Source of the DNA: an uncultured virus (IMG/VR IMGVR_UViG_3300045738_002143)
Lineage: Duplodnaviria > Heunggongvirae > Uroviricota > Caudoviricetes
Direction: 5' to 3' (one strand)
IMG/VR virus record: IMGVR_UViG_3300045738_002143
DNA length: 64,000 bases
Part shown: positions 17,747-26,929 of the stretch, piece after piece
How the letters are laid out: every line of letters begins with the position of its first letter
Numbering within the stretch: the first letter of the stretch is position 1
Notes under the pieces: generated by a model
Databases searched by the model: none
What the model saw: only the letters and a program-made list of their open reading frames with translations
What the model was told of the DNA's origin: nothing
Program-made: the position numbers and the translations under genes

Positions 17747-18006
17747 ACAACAGGGGTGTTCGCAGCCCCATGAGAGGCGAGAAGCGGCATTTAGGGTGGT
17801 GAGGCACAGTGTGCGTTCGATTGTGAGGAATCAATTTTGGTTCATCGTAAGTCGGCCACGCTCTCACAACATTTGCTGGCTCTCGCAGAAGGCCGTGCTC
17901 GCAAGAGTGAAACATGTCGGAGATAAAAAGATGAGCTTGCTCAGCGGCCTCCGACATCACAATTCCTGTGTCCGAGGCGCATCACACCGCCTCGGCGCAG
18001 GTTTTT
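17747..18006 (+). ncRNA. ~260-nt structured RNA, candidate guide/scaffold for the Cas12f/TnpB-like protein
   Basis: Helices GGGG/CCCC, GCGAGA/TCTCGC, TTGTGAG/CTCACAA, GCTC-GCAA-GAGT, ATGTCGGAG/CTCCGACAT; bounded by promoter and terminator. Confidence 0.65.
17965..18006 (+). terminator. Intrinsic terminator
   Basis: CCTGTGTCCGAGGCG/CGCCTCGGCGCAGG then TTTTT. Confidence 0.8.
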
Positions 18007-18046
18007 AATCTTAATCAGTTTCGATGTTTGTTACTAAGGAGAAATC

Positions 18047-18538
18047 ATGGCACGCTCTACTAACCAAAATCTGAAACGTTTGCAGACGTTAGCCGATGCG
18101 GCGGATAAGAATATTTTTGAACGAATCGATCTAGCCGCAAGGGTGCTTGCTGATCTCGATTGGGTTGCCGAAAATCATGAAAACGAGGATAAGGCTCGAT
18201 CATGGTTGGAATCGCAATTTTTCAATCAACTCGCAGGGATATTCTCTCTTGGTAAACTCTTCCAAATTCACGAGCAATTTCCTAACGAGGAACAGTGGGC
18301 AGAGTACCGCTATGACCTCCCGGCGATGCACTCTCTGTGGAAAGAGCGTCAGTCAGATGATGGTCTCACCGGCACACGCACGGCGTGGAAGCCTATCGCT
18401 GAAGAGTTCAAGGCCAGATGTGAAGAGTTAGAGTCCGAGAACGCAGCGCTCAAATTGCAGGTTGTTGAGCTAACCCACAAGAATGCGGTCCTTGAAGGAC
18501 GGCTGGCTGAGCGGCGACGAGATGAAGATGCGGCGTGA
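18047..18538 (+). CDS. Hypothetical protein with C-terminal coiled coil
   Basis: AAGGAG RBS; heptad-rich C-terminus. Confidence 0.75.
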   Translation: MARSTNQNLKRLQTLADAADKNIFERIDLAARVLADLDWVAENHENEDKARSWLESQFFNQLAGIFSLGKLFQIHEQFPNEEQWAEYRYDLPAMHSLWKERQSDDGLTGTRTAWKPIAEEFKARCEELESENAALKLQVVELTHKNAVLEGRLAERRRDEDAA

Positions 18539-18620
18539 GCTTGAGCTTTGACAGTTTGTGATGTGAGTTTACTGGGAACTGGGCCTGATGCAAAAGTAGT
18601 GTGAGTAGAAGGAGAAAAAC

Positions 18621-19922
18621 ATGCCTAAACCAACCGTAATGGAAATCGAAATCGGTGCCCCGGTGGGCATGTCGCAGAAGAGGTTGCATAAATCTCTTGA
18701 GCAGAGTGCAAGAGATTGCAATCGGGTGCGGAACGCAATGATCCGTAGGTTCATCCGGTTTCATGAAGATAATCCCGACTACGAACCGAAAGACATCACG
18801 ACGAAGAGGGGCGAGACGAAGAAGGAAAATGCGGTGTTCCCGTATGAACTCGTTTCCTCAACGTGCGATGATAGTTTCTACCGATTAGGGCAGCGAGTAG
18901 CTCCTCGTTTGGGTAGTTTGCTAATTACCGCTATTCAGAACGAGGTCGTGAATGCGCTCAAAAATAGAGTACCTTACGATCACGATGGCGATGCTCGGTA
19001 TAAGTGGCAATCTATCTTGAATTTCGAAACGTCGGCTCCATCATACAGGGGTATGGTCATTCCTGCACCAAACAAGGGGATCGTGCTAGGCTATCAGGGC
19101 CATGTCTCGAATCCAAAATCAAAATTGGGCGAGATGGCAGAAGACCATTGCGTCATCAAGTTTGGTTTATTTTCCCAGAAAAGCGGCTGGAAAATCCTCA
19201 GCCCCGTTGTGAGATGCAATCTTGGATCGGCCTGGAGTCGAGGCCACAAACGGCTTCTGCGGGAGATGGCTTCCGGGGAGAGGAAAATTTGTGACTCCAA
19301 GATCGTGTTCAAGAGAAAAAAGTGGTTTTTACAGTTGACTTATGAAGTGCCTGTGAAAGATCATGGTCTCGATCAAACTCGGACGGCGATTTTGGTCATG
19401 AATGGGGCGCAGCACGACCGCCCGTTTGCGATTAGCATGATTGGCAAAGATGGCAACTGGTTTACCTTCGGCATCGGCGATGGTAAGCCGCTGGAAAAAG
19501 AACGTGTGCGATTGGACACACGCAGACGAGCCATGCGGTATCGCAGCCGCAACGGCTCTGGTACGGGCCACGGCAAGAAGAAGTTCTACAGCCGCCTGCG
19601 GCCAGCCGCACGTCGTTATACCGATATGCAGAATGAATTTCGCAATCAGGCAATCAACGACATCGTGAGATCACTCGTGCGTCACGATTGCGGTAAGCTC
19701 GAATATCGTGAGCCTACTAAGCCAGTGAGGGAATTGTCTTGGTTCGAGAAGAAGAATACTCCCTTTGACTGGGTGAAGTTCTTGGGTCACCTGGAATTCA
19801 AATTGGAGGCAAATTGCATTGAGGTAGAGACTCGTCGGATGCAGATGAAAGAGTGGAAAGCTAAGTTCGGCGTAGTTGATGCAGACGATGTAGACGATGC
19901 GAAGGATGCAGCGGTAGCATAA
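18621..19922 (+). CDS. Cas12f/TnpB-like protein, predicted nuclease-dead and C-terminally truncated
   Basis: SAPSYR..IP, KKWFLQLTYE, GHGKKK, IVR..HDCGKLEYREP, LEFKLEANCIEV; RuvC-I GxDxG replaced by ILVMNG; no Zn finger or RuvC-III. Confidence 0.75.
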   Translation: MPKPTVMEIEIGAPVGMSQKRLHKSLEQSARDCNRVRNAMIRRFIRFHEDNPDYEPKDITTKRGETKKENAVFPYELVSSTCDDSFYRLGQRVAPRLGSLLITAIQNEVVNALKNRVPYDHDGDARYKWQSILNFETSAPSYRGMVIPAPNKGIVLGYQGHVSNPKSKLGEMAEDHCVIKFGLFSQKSGWKILSPVVRCNLGSAWSRGHKRLLREMASGERKICDSKIVFKRKKWFLQLTYEVPVKDHGLDQTRTAILVMNGAQHDRPFAISMIGKDGNWFTFGIGDGKPLEKERVRLDTRRRAMRYRSRNGSGTGHGKKKFYSRLRPAARRYTDMQNEFRNQAINDIVRSLVRHDCGKLEYREPTKPVRELSWFEKKNTPFDWVKFLGHLEFKLEANCIEVETRRMQMKEWKAKFGVVDADDVDDAKDAAVA

Positions 19923-19932
19923 GGATTCAAGC

Positions 19933-20196
19933 ATGAAGGATCATCTTGACTGTGCCATTTGTGGCGAGCCAGTTAATTTATCGGCGAAGCGTCGTCGAGA
20001 ATTGCTAAAGGAAGGCCGTCGCCCGGTGTGTAGAAAAAATGGATGCTATCGATATGCCAAGACGCTTCCCAAAAACATAAAACGAGTTTCCGCAGTCGAA
20101 GGAATGGTGATTAATCTGGAAACGGGCAAGATGAGCCGCACGTTTTGTGAGCCAAGGCCCGAAGTACATGGTGACGAAAATCAGTGTGATTTATGA
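19933..20196 (+). CDS. Small zinc-finger-like protein
   Basis: CAICG..CRKNGC. Confidence 0.6.
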   Translation: MKDHLDCAICGEPVNLSAKRRRELLKEGRRPVCRKNGCYRYAKTLPKNIKRVSAVEGMVINLETGKMSRTFCEPRPEVHGDENQCDL

Positions 20197-20414
20197 ATCA
20201 GTGCAAAGCGTGCGGACATTATTTTCTTGAGGGGTTTTGTCTCAATTGCTCCAACTGCAAGGGGGATTGCATTTGCGACGACGATAATCCGAAAATCAGT
20301 GACCGAGAATTGGATAAACTGATTGCTCAGAGTGAGGCAGTAGTAAAAAATTGGACACCGGAACAACGACAAAAGTACGAGGACGACATTACAACCGATT
20401 ATCCCGGATATTGA
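20193..20414 (+). CDS. Small Cys-rich protein
   Basis: CKAC..CLNCSNC..CIC. Confidence 0.55.
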   Translation: MNQCKACGHYFLEGFCLNCSNCKGDCICDDDNPKISDRELDKLIAQSEAVVKNWTPEQRQKYEDDITTDYPGY

Positions 20415-20527
20415 AAAATTATGATGTTGTCTTTATTTAATATCTACACTATGATACACTACTTAAACATGCGAACCCGATGGATTGGTTCGGTGACACT
20501 TATTACTTGAGAGAGAAGAGATTGATT

Positions 20528-20722
20528 ATGGCACAGGGCACGATTAAGAAGTTGATGGAAAAAGGTTTTGGATTTATTGACACCGGTAATGGCGATCTGT
20601 TTTTCCACATGTCCGCTTTGGACGGGGTGGGATTTGAGGAACTCCAAGAAGGCCAACAAGTCGAATACAACGAAGGCCAAGGGCCAAAGGGCGCACGGGC
20701 TGAAAATGTACGGCCAGTGTGA
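20528..20722 (+). CDS. Cold-shock domain protein
   Basis: KGFGFI (RNP1), LFFH (RNP2), GPKGARAENV. Confidence 0.95.
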   Translation: MAQGTIKKLMEKGFGFIDTGNGDLFFHMSALDGVGFEELQEGQQVEYNEGQGPKGARAENVRPV

Positions 20723-20747
20723 TGCAAGGGGCTGCTAGAATTTGAGA

Positions 20748-20918
20748 CGGGCTGCTATACATACCCCTACCGTGATGCGGGCCGAACAGGGTCCGAACAG
20801 GAGAGTAACGGTATCATGACGAATCCCGTCGCCGATACCACGTAACTCTTCTGGGCTGCTCAGGAGTGAGCTAGTTGGAATAATAAACCCGCTCAGGCGA
20901 AGCCTGGGCGGGTTTATT
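20748..20918 (+). ncRNA. Unassigned structured RNA candidate (6S-sized rod)
   Basis: TGnTAGAAT upstream; CAGGAGAG/CTCTTCTG, GGTATC/GATACC, GACG/CGTC helices; ends in terminator. Confidence 0.5.
20882..20918 (+). terminator. Bidirectional intrinsic terminator
   Basis: AATAAACCCGCTCAGGC-GAA-GCCTGGGCGGGTTTATT between convergent units. Confidence 0.9.
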
Positions 20919-20945
20919 TATTGGATGGTTACATTCCTGGTGTCC

Positions 20946-21704
20946 TTAGCGTTTGAGCACCATCTTTATTTGTTTGGTTTGACGAATGTCTGCACCAAGT
21001 TCATGTGCTTTTCCATGTTCATTATCCAAGCCAAATGCAAGAGTTATCAAGTATCTGTGTTTGCCTGTTTTCTTTCGATATTGGCTCATTTGACCTCTGT
21101 GAGCCAATCTCTGGTCAAACACTATTACATCCGTCTTTTTACTCGCAATGTATTCTTCCTTTGTTTTTTTTAACTGACTATTTGGCTGCATCCATAGTCC
21201 ATGTTCGTTATTGTGATGATCTTGCAGAAAAAAACACATTTTGACAATAAGACATTCACTATCCTTTATCGACAAGTTTTTATATTTCTGATTGATTCCT
21301 CGCTTTAAATCTTGATCGTCACGGTGCCAGGGACTAATTTTGTCTTGATGCAAATCACTGTGGCCTAAAAATCTCCATTTCCTGCTACCGAATACTGCAT
21401 TGGTCAACAACTTGGAAATTCGGGTATCGCTCACAATGTCCGAAAGTTTTTTTAGTTCTTCGAACTTCCCAACCCAACCAGGAACACATTTTCCCCCCGC
21501 AATATTTTTTATCTTCCTGGCGTTATAGAAATTCTCAACTATCTCACGATATACATTGATTTCATCCTCATCAAAAAAACTTTCAGCCACAAAAAATCCA
21601 TTCTTTTCAAATTTGTCACGATATGCAGCATTTGCTTCGTCCTCATTAAGAATGCCCCGGAAAAAGTCCTCCGCCGTGCGTTGTGGATTTGAATGATGAA
21701 GCAT
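20946..21704 (-). CDS. PhyH-like 2OG-Fe(II) dioxygenase
   Basis: FEKNGFFV, WHRD, VIVFDQRLAHRG. Confidence 0.8.
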   Translation of the reverse strand: MLHHSNPQRTAEDFFRGILNEDEANAAYRDKFEKNGFFVAESFFDEDEINVYREIVENFYNARKIKNIAGGKCVPGWVGKFEELKKLSDIVSDTRISKLLTNAVFGSRKWRFLGHSDLHQDKISPWHRDDQDLKRGINQKYKNLSIKDSECLIVKMCFFLQDHHNNEHGLWMQPNSQLKKTKEEYIASKKTDVIVFDQRLAHRGQMSQYRKKTGKHRYLITLAFGLDNEHGKAHELGADIRQTKQIKMVLKR

Positions 21705-21705
21705 A

Positions 21706-22524
21706 TTACTTTTTTCTAAGGACTCTACGTTTGCTTAGTTCGCCGCTCAAGCACTCCCTTGGCCCACCAGACCCAAGAGATTTTTCAATGTCCCTGATTC
21801 CTTTAACTAATTTCATTATACCTTGTGGTTCTACTGAAGCTAATTGGTCGCTACCCCACATAGTTCTATCAAGAGTTATATGCCTTTCAACCCAAGAAGC
21901 TCCCATAGCGACAGCAGCAAAGGTGGTAACCAGTCCATATTCATGTCCGCTGTATCCTATTTCTGTTTTTGGCCATCTGGATTCAAGGTGTTTTATATAG
22001 TTTAAGTTGAGTTCATTAACTGGGGATGGGTAGGTGGAGTTTGTGTGCATAATTACGTCTGGGTTACATGCCTCAACACATTCTACTATTTCTTCTTCTG
22101 TACTCATGCCGGTAGATATAATTAGGGTATCAAATTTTTCTCTAGCACACTTGCACAATTCTATATCTGTAATTAGGGCTGATGGTATTTTAGCTATGTT
22201 TATGAAGGAGGACATAAAGTCAATAGAATCTTTGTCCCACACAGAAGAGAAACATCCTATGCGGTTACAGCAATAGTCAAATATTTCTTCGTATTGGGAT
22301 TTGTTGAATTCAATTTTCTTCTTGTAGTCTAGGTAGGTCATGTCTCCCCAAGGGGTGGATTTTGTTTTACTTTTTTGGTGTTCCGGCACACATAAATCTG
22401 GATTTCTCTTTTGCCACTTGATGTAATCACAGCCAGCTACTACAGCGACATCAATCAGCTTTTTGGCTATTGATAAGTCCCCATTATGGTTGATGCCGCC
22501 TTCTACTATGATCTTAGTATGCAT
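21706..22524 (-). CDS. N-acetylneuraminate (nonulosonate) synthase, NeuB family
   Basis: EGGINHNGD, ISTGMS, STYP, IGYSGHE, ERHITLDR..GSD. Confidence 0.95.
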   Translation of the reverse strand: MHTKIIVEGGINHNGDLSIAKKLIDVAVVAGCDYIKWQKRNPDLCVPEHQKSKTKSTPWGDMTYLDYKKKIEFNKSQYEEIFDYCCNRIGCFSSVWDKDSIDFMSSFINIAKIPSALITDIELCKCAREKFDTLIISTGMSTEEEIVECVEACNPDVIMHTNSTYPSPVNELNLNYIKHLESRWPKTEIGYSGHEYGLVTTFAAVAMGASWVERHITLDRTMWGSDQLASVEPQGIMKLVKGIRDIEKSLGSGGPRECLSGELSKRRVLRKK

Positions 22525-23129
22525 TCCATGTCCTTTTTGGTGTCTACGTCTATTGCCTCATCAATTTTCATAAAATAAGTATGCCTGTTGTATAGATCAT
22601 TGTTTAATCTGTCCAACTCCGATGGGAGAATTATTGATATGTAATGAGAAAGTTCAAAGCATTCTCGATAATCTTGCCTCCTAGAAAAGTTATGCTCGAC
22701 TACTTGCTCTCCTGTTCCGTCTTCCATGTCAAACATCATCAGATATGGTGTTTGTTTAACCTTTTTTCTGCACAAAAGGCTATTTAGCTTCTGTTTTTTG
22801 AACAGATCAATTGCCCTTTCTACGTCGTCCCATTTGCGGTGTGGGTATGTGAGATACAGCATCACTACTGGATCGTTTTCCGATTGAAAATTGGAACAGA
22901 AATCTTTCATCATATCTTTGGTGGTCGATTCGTCGGTAGCGGATGAGGGGTGTCTGTCTATATTCATAAATCCGTATTTTGTGGCGTATTCTCTAATTAC
23001 TTCATCATCAGTAAATACATGTACTGAATATTTTGGGGGTATGGTGCTGGCTGTGTAATCGAATAGTTTTCTGTTTTTTAATGGTACTCCTTTTGAGTTC
23101 CGCCTAGCGGGAATAAGTATTTTAACCAT
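22506..23129 (-). CDS. CMP-nonulosonate synthetase (NeuA-like cytidylyltransferase)
   Basis: IPARRNSKGVPLKN..DVDT; adjacent to NeuB. Confidence 0.9.
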   Translation of the reverse strand: MVKILIPARRNSKGVPLKNRKLFDYTASTIPPKYSVHVFTDDEVIREYATKYGFMNIDRHPSSATDESTTKDMMKDFCSNFQSENDPVVMLYLTYPHRKWDDVERAIDLFKKQKLNSLLCRKKVKQTPYLMMFDMEDGTGEQVVEHNFSRRQDYRECFELSHYISIILPSELDRLNNDLYNRHTYFMKIDEAIDVDTKKDMECILRS

Positions 23130-23219
23130 CTAACACTTCCCCAAATAAAGTTGCTGGCACATATTAATATCCATATTCTAGATATGGTGTTAATTATAAT
23201 AAACTTATGTGGGTAGCAT

Positions 23220-24035
23220 ATGCTTTTTTCAGAACCAAAATTCTGTAGCCGATTCGTAAACTCAAATGAGGCGGATTGGTCAGGGTGTTTGGCCATTTCA
23301 GGGGAATCATTGGCCTTCGTTTCCTCAGTTAATGAAGGAGGACGTTGTTGGTCAGGGCGATTGGCCATGAGTCTATTCGAACTACATGATTTTTTGGATG
23401 TGCCTAATCTTAAAAATATAGAAACAACAAATATGGTTATAATTGGCAATGCCCCGTATGATCTGAAATTGCCATTGGGAGGTCTTGTAGATTCTTTTGA
23501 AAACATAATGAGATTTAACGATTTCTCAGTGGCAGGAAGACACGAGAGGTATGTGGGTTCTAAAACTACAATATGGTGTTATTTCAATATAAATCCCGTC
23601 CTCCGAAAACGTAACTTTATAAGGCCAAAAGGACATTCTAAAGAATTGATTGTTATGCGTGGAAATTACTTGCATAAACAATTGTGCAAACATGTTGAAA
23701 GTGGATTTGCAGAAAAGATACCTGGAAGTATTGCAAAAGAAATCAATTCGGCATCGGTATTTTCTGTTGTACGAGGGAGGAAGAAATTCCCTTCTACAGG
23801 GGTTATGGGTATTGCTTGGGCATTGTCTAAAGGATACAAGCCTTTGGTTATAGGATTCAATGGGTTTATGAATGAAGGATCAAAACATTATTACAATAAA
23901 ATGGGAAACGCAGGCCGTAAAAATCATTCAGGAGATGAAGAAATACAGTTTTTGAAAGGGCTACATCAGGAAGGAAAGATTTGTTTTTTAGACTTTGCTA
24001 GAAGCAATCGGAAAGCAAGAATTGCCATGATGTAA
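23220..24035 (+). CDS. GT29 sialyltransferase-like protein
   Basis: Sialylmotif L-like VIIGN..VDSFENIMRFN..VGSKTT; S-like PSTG; HYY; H..E. Confidence 0.8.
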   Translation: MLFSEPKFCSRFVNSNEADWSGCLAISGESLAFVSSVNEGGRCWSGRLAMSLFELHDFLDVPNLKNIETTNMVIIGNAPYDLKLPLGGLVDSFENIMRFNDFSVAGRHERYVGSKTTIWCYFNINPVLRKRNFIRPKGHSKELIVMRGNYLHKQLCKHVESGFAEKIPGSIAKEINSASVFSVVRGRKKFPSTGVMGIAWALSKGYKPLVIGFNGFMNEGSKHYYNKMGNAGRKNHSGDEEIQFLKGLHQEGKICFLDFARSNRKARIAMM

Positions 24036-24073
24036 AGGTTGCGCATTGATCTAAATACAGTGGAGGAATAAAT

Positions 24074-24625
24074 ATGAATTCACTTATTGTAGCAACTGTT
24101 CTGCTGTGTGCGACAACGCCAGAGTTACCAGATGGTTCATTGATATTTTTGGATCACAGTAACAATATAGTTGAGAGATATACTGATGCTAAAACAACGC
24201 ATGTTGCAATTGTGATTAATGATAAAGATGGAGCTTGGGTTTATGAGGCGCAACCTCCCAAGGTGAGAAAGGTGAAATTGTCAGAATTCTATGATGATAT
24301 TGTCCGGCTAAAAAGAAAAAGGAAAAAGCTTCGACTTTGGGTGTACACTCCTTTAGAGCCATATAATGATCGTCAAGTAAAAGCGATGAGGGATTATCTG
24401 GAGCAACAGGTGGGAAGAAAGTATTCGATTAAGAGTTATTTGCGAGGCAGAGAGTTAGATGGAATACATTGTTCTGAGATGGTGTCTAGGGCATTGGAAA
24501 AGAGTCAGCGATTTAGAATCTTCAATCCAGCCAGGACCAGTCCTGATGGATTGTTGAGACGGATCAAACATTTGCACACAAGTATTGAGGTCTATATACC
24601 GGTGTTGCCCAGGAGCAATTTATGA
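24074..24625 (+). CDS. Permuted papain-like amidase (YiiX/YebB-like)
   Basis: THVAIV..VYEA..CSEMV (His before Cys). Confidence 0.75.
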   Translation: MNSLIVATVLLCATTPELPDGSLIFLDHSNNIVERYTDAKTTHVAIVINDKDGAWVYEAQPPKVRKVKLSEFYDDIVRLKRKRKKLRLWVYTPLEPYNDRQVKAMRDYLEQQVGRKYSIKSYLRGRELDGIHCSEMVSRALEKSQRFRIFNPARTSPDGLLRRIKHLHTSIEVYIPVLPRSNL

Positions 24626-25317
24626 TGCGAGTTAGACGACCTTTTTCTAACTTTTTACACACCAAGAGTTATGAAAATAATTTCCATTCTCAGAATAAAA
24701 GTTGTGCTGTGATATTTAGTAGCCCCGTGTTGCTGAATAGAGAATATGGCAAGATTATTGATTCTTATGATTTTGTCATTAGATTTAATATGGCACCAAC
24801 GTTGGGGTACGAAAAATTTGTTGGTTCAAAGACCACACATCGCATACTCGGTGGTTATCATGGGACACCATATTATTTTATGGAACAGAATGAGTTAGTT
24901 TTGAGGCCCAACAAACTCACGTACTGGCGTAAGTATTTTGAGAATGATTATGAAAACTATTTGAAGTTTAATAATAAGGCGTATTTTGACAATTACTTTA
25001 TAATGGAACCATGCGGCTTGTCGTCAAACGGTCCTGTAGGATTGTTATTTGCAATTAAACATTTTAGCGAAGTTGGTTTATTTGGTTTTGATTTAGATTT
25101 AGAAATAGATCGAAACAAATGGCATTACTTTGATGATCTAAAAAACACAAAATATTGTAAAGAAATAATGTCTGTTTATGATCTTCCTAATCCATACGAT
25201 AAAATAGTTTCTACCGCTGATGTAAAAACCGTGCATAGAAACCACCGCTTTGTGGAAGAAAAAAAATCAATCCTAAAATTTGTGCAAGATAATAAAGTTG
25301 TGTTGAATGGGGCCTAA
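24622..25317 (+). CDS. GT29 sialyltransferase-like protein
   Basis: [43 protein letters not shown]. Confidence 0.85.
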   Translation: MMRVRRPFSNFLHTKSYENNFHSQNKSCAVIFSSPVLLNREYGKIIDSYDFVIRFNMAPTLGYEKFVGSKTTHRILGGYHGTPYYFMEQNELVLRPNKLTYWRKYFENDYENYLKFNNKAYFDNYFIMEPCGLSSNGPVGLLFAIKHFSEVGLFGFDLDLEIDRNKWHYFDDLKNTKYCKEIMSVYDLPNPYDKIVSTADVKTVHRNHRFVEEKKSILKFVQDNKVVLNGA

Positions 25318-26159
25318 TGTTATATCATAAAAACCCCCCAATAGTCAGTCTTTTTGGAAGTTGTATTCGTATTGAAAGATGGTTAAAGATTTATGAATCC
25401 CTATCATCCCAAAACGATATAGACTTTGAATTAGTTTTTTCAGGACATATTCGTCCCAATTTTGCTTTGCCTGATAATTTCAAATACATTTATGCTAATG
25501 TCAAACCCACGCAATGTTGGAGCATAGCGGCTAGAGAAAGTAAAGGCCATATAGTTTCTAATTTTGGAGACGACATTGATCTAAGCGAACATGCATTAGA
25601 TAAAGCTTATGAAGCATTTCTGAAAGAGAATAATTCCAAGGCCGTTATAGTACCAGAGATGTTCTTCCAAAATAGAGGTAAAACACATAGAAGTTCAGAT
25701 ATCAGAACTGGACAACCGTTTTCTCCTTGTTCTGCGTTCAGGCCGACCAAAAAGAAGGGCAGTTATCTTTTGGCTAAACGGTTAAAGGGTGTTATGCCAC
25801 TTGTTCCTCAAACATTAGCATTCTATGAAAGAGAGTTCTTTTCTAGCTTCAATGGGTGTGACCGTAGATTTGTTACTTCTTACGGAGATCATGATCTCTA
25901 TTTGCGGGCCATGAAAAAGGGGGCTTATTGTGTATTTTGTGATGATATATGGAATCGGCATATTAACGGTAAAAAAACCAAACAGTATTTGGCGGAATCG
26001 GGGCATGGGACTGCGGATAGATCATTATTATTTGATTTGTGGATAGAGAATGGTGAGTTTGTCGATAGAACATCCCATCATGAATCATTCGTATATGATG
26101 ATGCAATATATACGGTAATTCAAGGAAACACTTCTTGGGTAAGGCGTGATAAGATTTAA
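25317..26159 (+). CDS. GT-A fold (GT2-like) glycosyltransferase
   Basis: SKGHIVSNFGDD; YGDHDLYLR. Confidence 0.65.
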   Translation: MLYHKNPPIVSLFGSCIRIERWLKIYESLSSQNDIDFELVFSGHIRPNFALPDNFKYIYANVKPTQCWSIAARESKGHIVSNFGDDIDLSEHALDKAYEAFLKENNSKAVIVPEMFFQNRGKTHRSSDIRTGQPFSPCSAFRPTKKKGSYLLAKRLKGVMPLVPQTLAFYEREFFSSFNGCDRRFVTSYGDHDLYLRAMKKGAYCVFCDDIWNRHINGKKTKQYLAESGHGTADRSLLFDLWIENGEFVDRTSHHESFVYDDAIYTVIQGNTSWVRRDKI

Positions 26160-26179
26160 GGTGCATAACTAGATACCAC

Positions 26180-26488
26180 ATGACGTGGATTATATTGCTG
26201 GCCATATGGACTCTGATTTGGAAAATGTCGGCCTCATGGTACGCAGCCCAGGAACGTCAATTCTGTTGGTTTCTTTGTATTTGGTTTGCCCCAACTTTCG
26301 GGGTCATGGAAATATGTTATGTGTTTTACATAAGATATTTTTTCACCGCCGGTAGATGTCCCCGGTGCAGGGGGGCGGCTAGATTGGTGGTCTATAAAGT
26401 TGGGCCGTTGGCGAGGTGTGAAGCTATTGGTGGCGAGAAGGCTAAAGAGTTTGTGAAAGAAAAGGGATTAAAAATTCCAGAGTATTGA
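26180..26488 (+). CDS. DUF5652-like membrane protein
   Basis: WTLIWK..WYAA..Q..WF..TFGVMEICY. Confidence 0.6.
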   Translation: MTWIILLAIWTLIWKMSASWYAAQERQFCWFLCIWFAPTFGVMEICYVFYIRYFFTAGRCPRCRGAARLVVYKVGPLARCEAIGGEKAKEFVKEKGLKIPEY

Positions 26489-26530
26489 GCTTTATGTGCT
26501 TTTTATCATTTCACCTCTAAATAAGATATC

Positions 26531-26878
26531 ATGGAATTTAGAACCTTTTTAGAACAGGATCAGCATTCGGCTCGCCCGTGGAAAGCTAAGCGAGCGGATG
26601 TGATATCAATGTGGGAGAAGCTACAGGCCAATCTTCCTATTGCGATTAAACCGGTGCGATTAGGTTTTCGGGGAAGCAAGTTTCGTCAGGATGGGATTAG
26701 AGTTACGGGTTCTCCGCAATTTATCACTTCTGTCATCAGTCGAATGAAAGACCTCTTGGTTTACGAGACCAAATCTGATACAAAGCTAGAGGTAGAATTT
26801 AGACAGATTGAGTCTAAGGATGGCGATCCGACGCCTCAATATGTATTCTATATTCATGTGGTTTATGAAGAGCCATAA
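26531..26878 (+). CDS. Hypothetical phage protein (MEFRTFLE N-terminus)
   Basis: CTAAATA motif upstream. Confidence 0.65.
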   Translation: MEFRTFLEQDQHSARPWKAKRADVISMWEKLQANLPIAIKPVRLGFRGSKFRQDGIRVTGSPQFITSVISRMKDLLVYETKSDTKLEVEFRQIESKDGDPTPQYVFYIHVVYEEP

Positions 26879-26929
26879 GAAGTGCAATATTTACACGAAA
26901 TTTTTTGAGTGTAAATACTCTATTAGGGC

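Noticed and set aside
18621..19922. Active IS200/IS605 or IS607 element
   Set aside because: No TnpA or serine recombinase, no evident element ends, and the RuvC catalytic set is incomplete.
20728..20760. tmRNA 5' end (GGGGCTG..GACGGG)
   Set aside because: No matching T-arm/acceptor 3' end or tag ORF, and the region is too short.
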